34,925 nt of DNA from Octopus sinensis (Eukaryota). How positions within the stretch are numbered: the first letter of the stretch is position 1; every line of letters begins with the position of its first letter. This document shows positions 34,615 through 34,925 of the stretch, in pieces. Under the pieces are notes generated by a model. The model saw only the letters and a list, made by a program, of their open reading frames with translations, was not told the origin of the DNA and ran no database searches. The stretch spans positions 1 to 34,925 of the forward strand of contig NW_021835618.1 of the NCBI RefSeq assembly GCF_006345805.1, given 5' to 3'. Made by a program: the position numbers and the translations under genes.

Positions 34615-34751
34615 CGACTGCATTCTTCCTCTTAAAGTAATTGGCACGGTAGCAAATCAGCAAAAGGCTGGAGAATTAGAAGAATTAGAAGAAACGTGGA
34701 TTTTTCTCAACTTGTAGGAACTTGTGGGCACCGTAACCATCTCATAAAACT

Positions 34752-34925
34752 TGTATGTACTGAAAAGTTGCTGGCTTTAAGAGTGTCGCGAAAGGCCTGA
34801 TTGGAGGGCCAATCTTTCGAGTTCTTTTACAGGGTTTAGAAAAACTGAAGGACCGCTGCAATAAGTGTGTGAATCTTAGAGGGGAATATGTTGAAGAAAA
34901 TCATAATTAACTGTTCCTCCTGTAT
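34752..34925 (+). mobile_element. Second copy of the 7322-7540 mariner derivative, running off the window
   Basis: tgaaaagttgctggctttaag...QGLEKLKDRCNKCVNLRGEYVE. Confidence 0.8.

Overview
Eukaryotic, AT-rich, repeat-saturated, apparently intronic or intergenic DNA. The SINE and microsatellite content strongly resembles Octopus genomic DNA (recognised from recall, not from a search). No intact protein-coding gene is supported: most long ORFs in the track are translations of microsatellites, minisatellites or tandem SINEs, and those with real protein motifs are transposon fragments. The window holds at least five tRNA-derived SINE families (labelled A-E here), several as head-to-tail multimers with target-site duplications (TSDs). 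It also holds 5'-truncated LINE 3' ends (four with restriction-like-endonuclease (RLE) C-termini, one CR1/L2-like) embedded in (TAA)n, and decayed DNA transposons. These include a mariner split by two nested insertions, two short mariner derivatives, a Mutator-like element and several foldback/TIR elements. The most notable signals are a minimal type-I hammerhead ribozyme fold at 32546-32583, a 1.85-kb composite insertion bounded by one 11-bp TSD inside the mariner, multimeric SINEs sharing an identical junction at three loci, and an inverted duplication of a SINE plus its flank.
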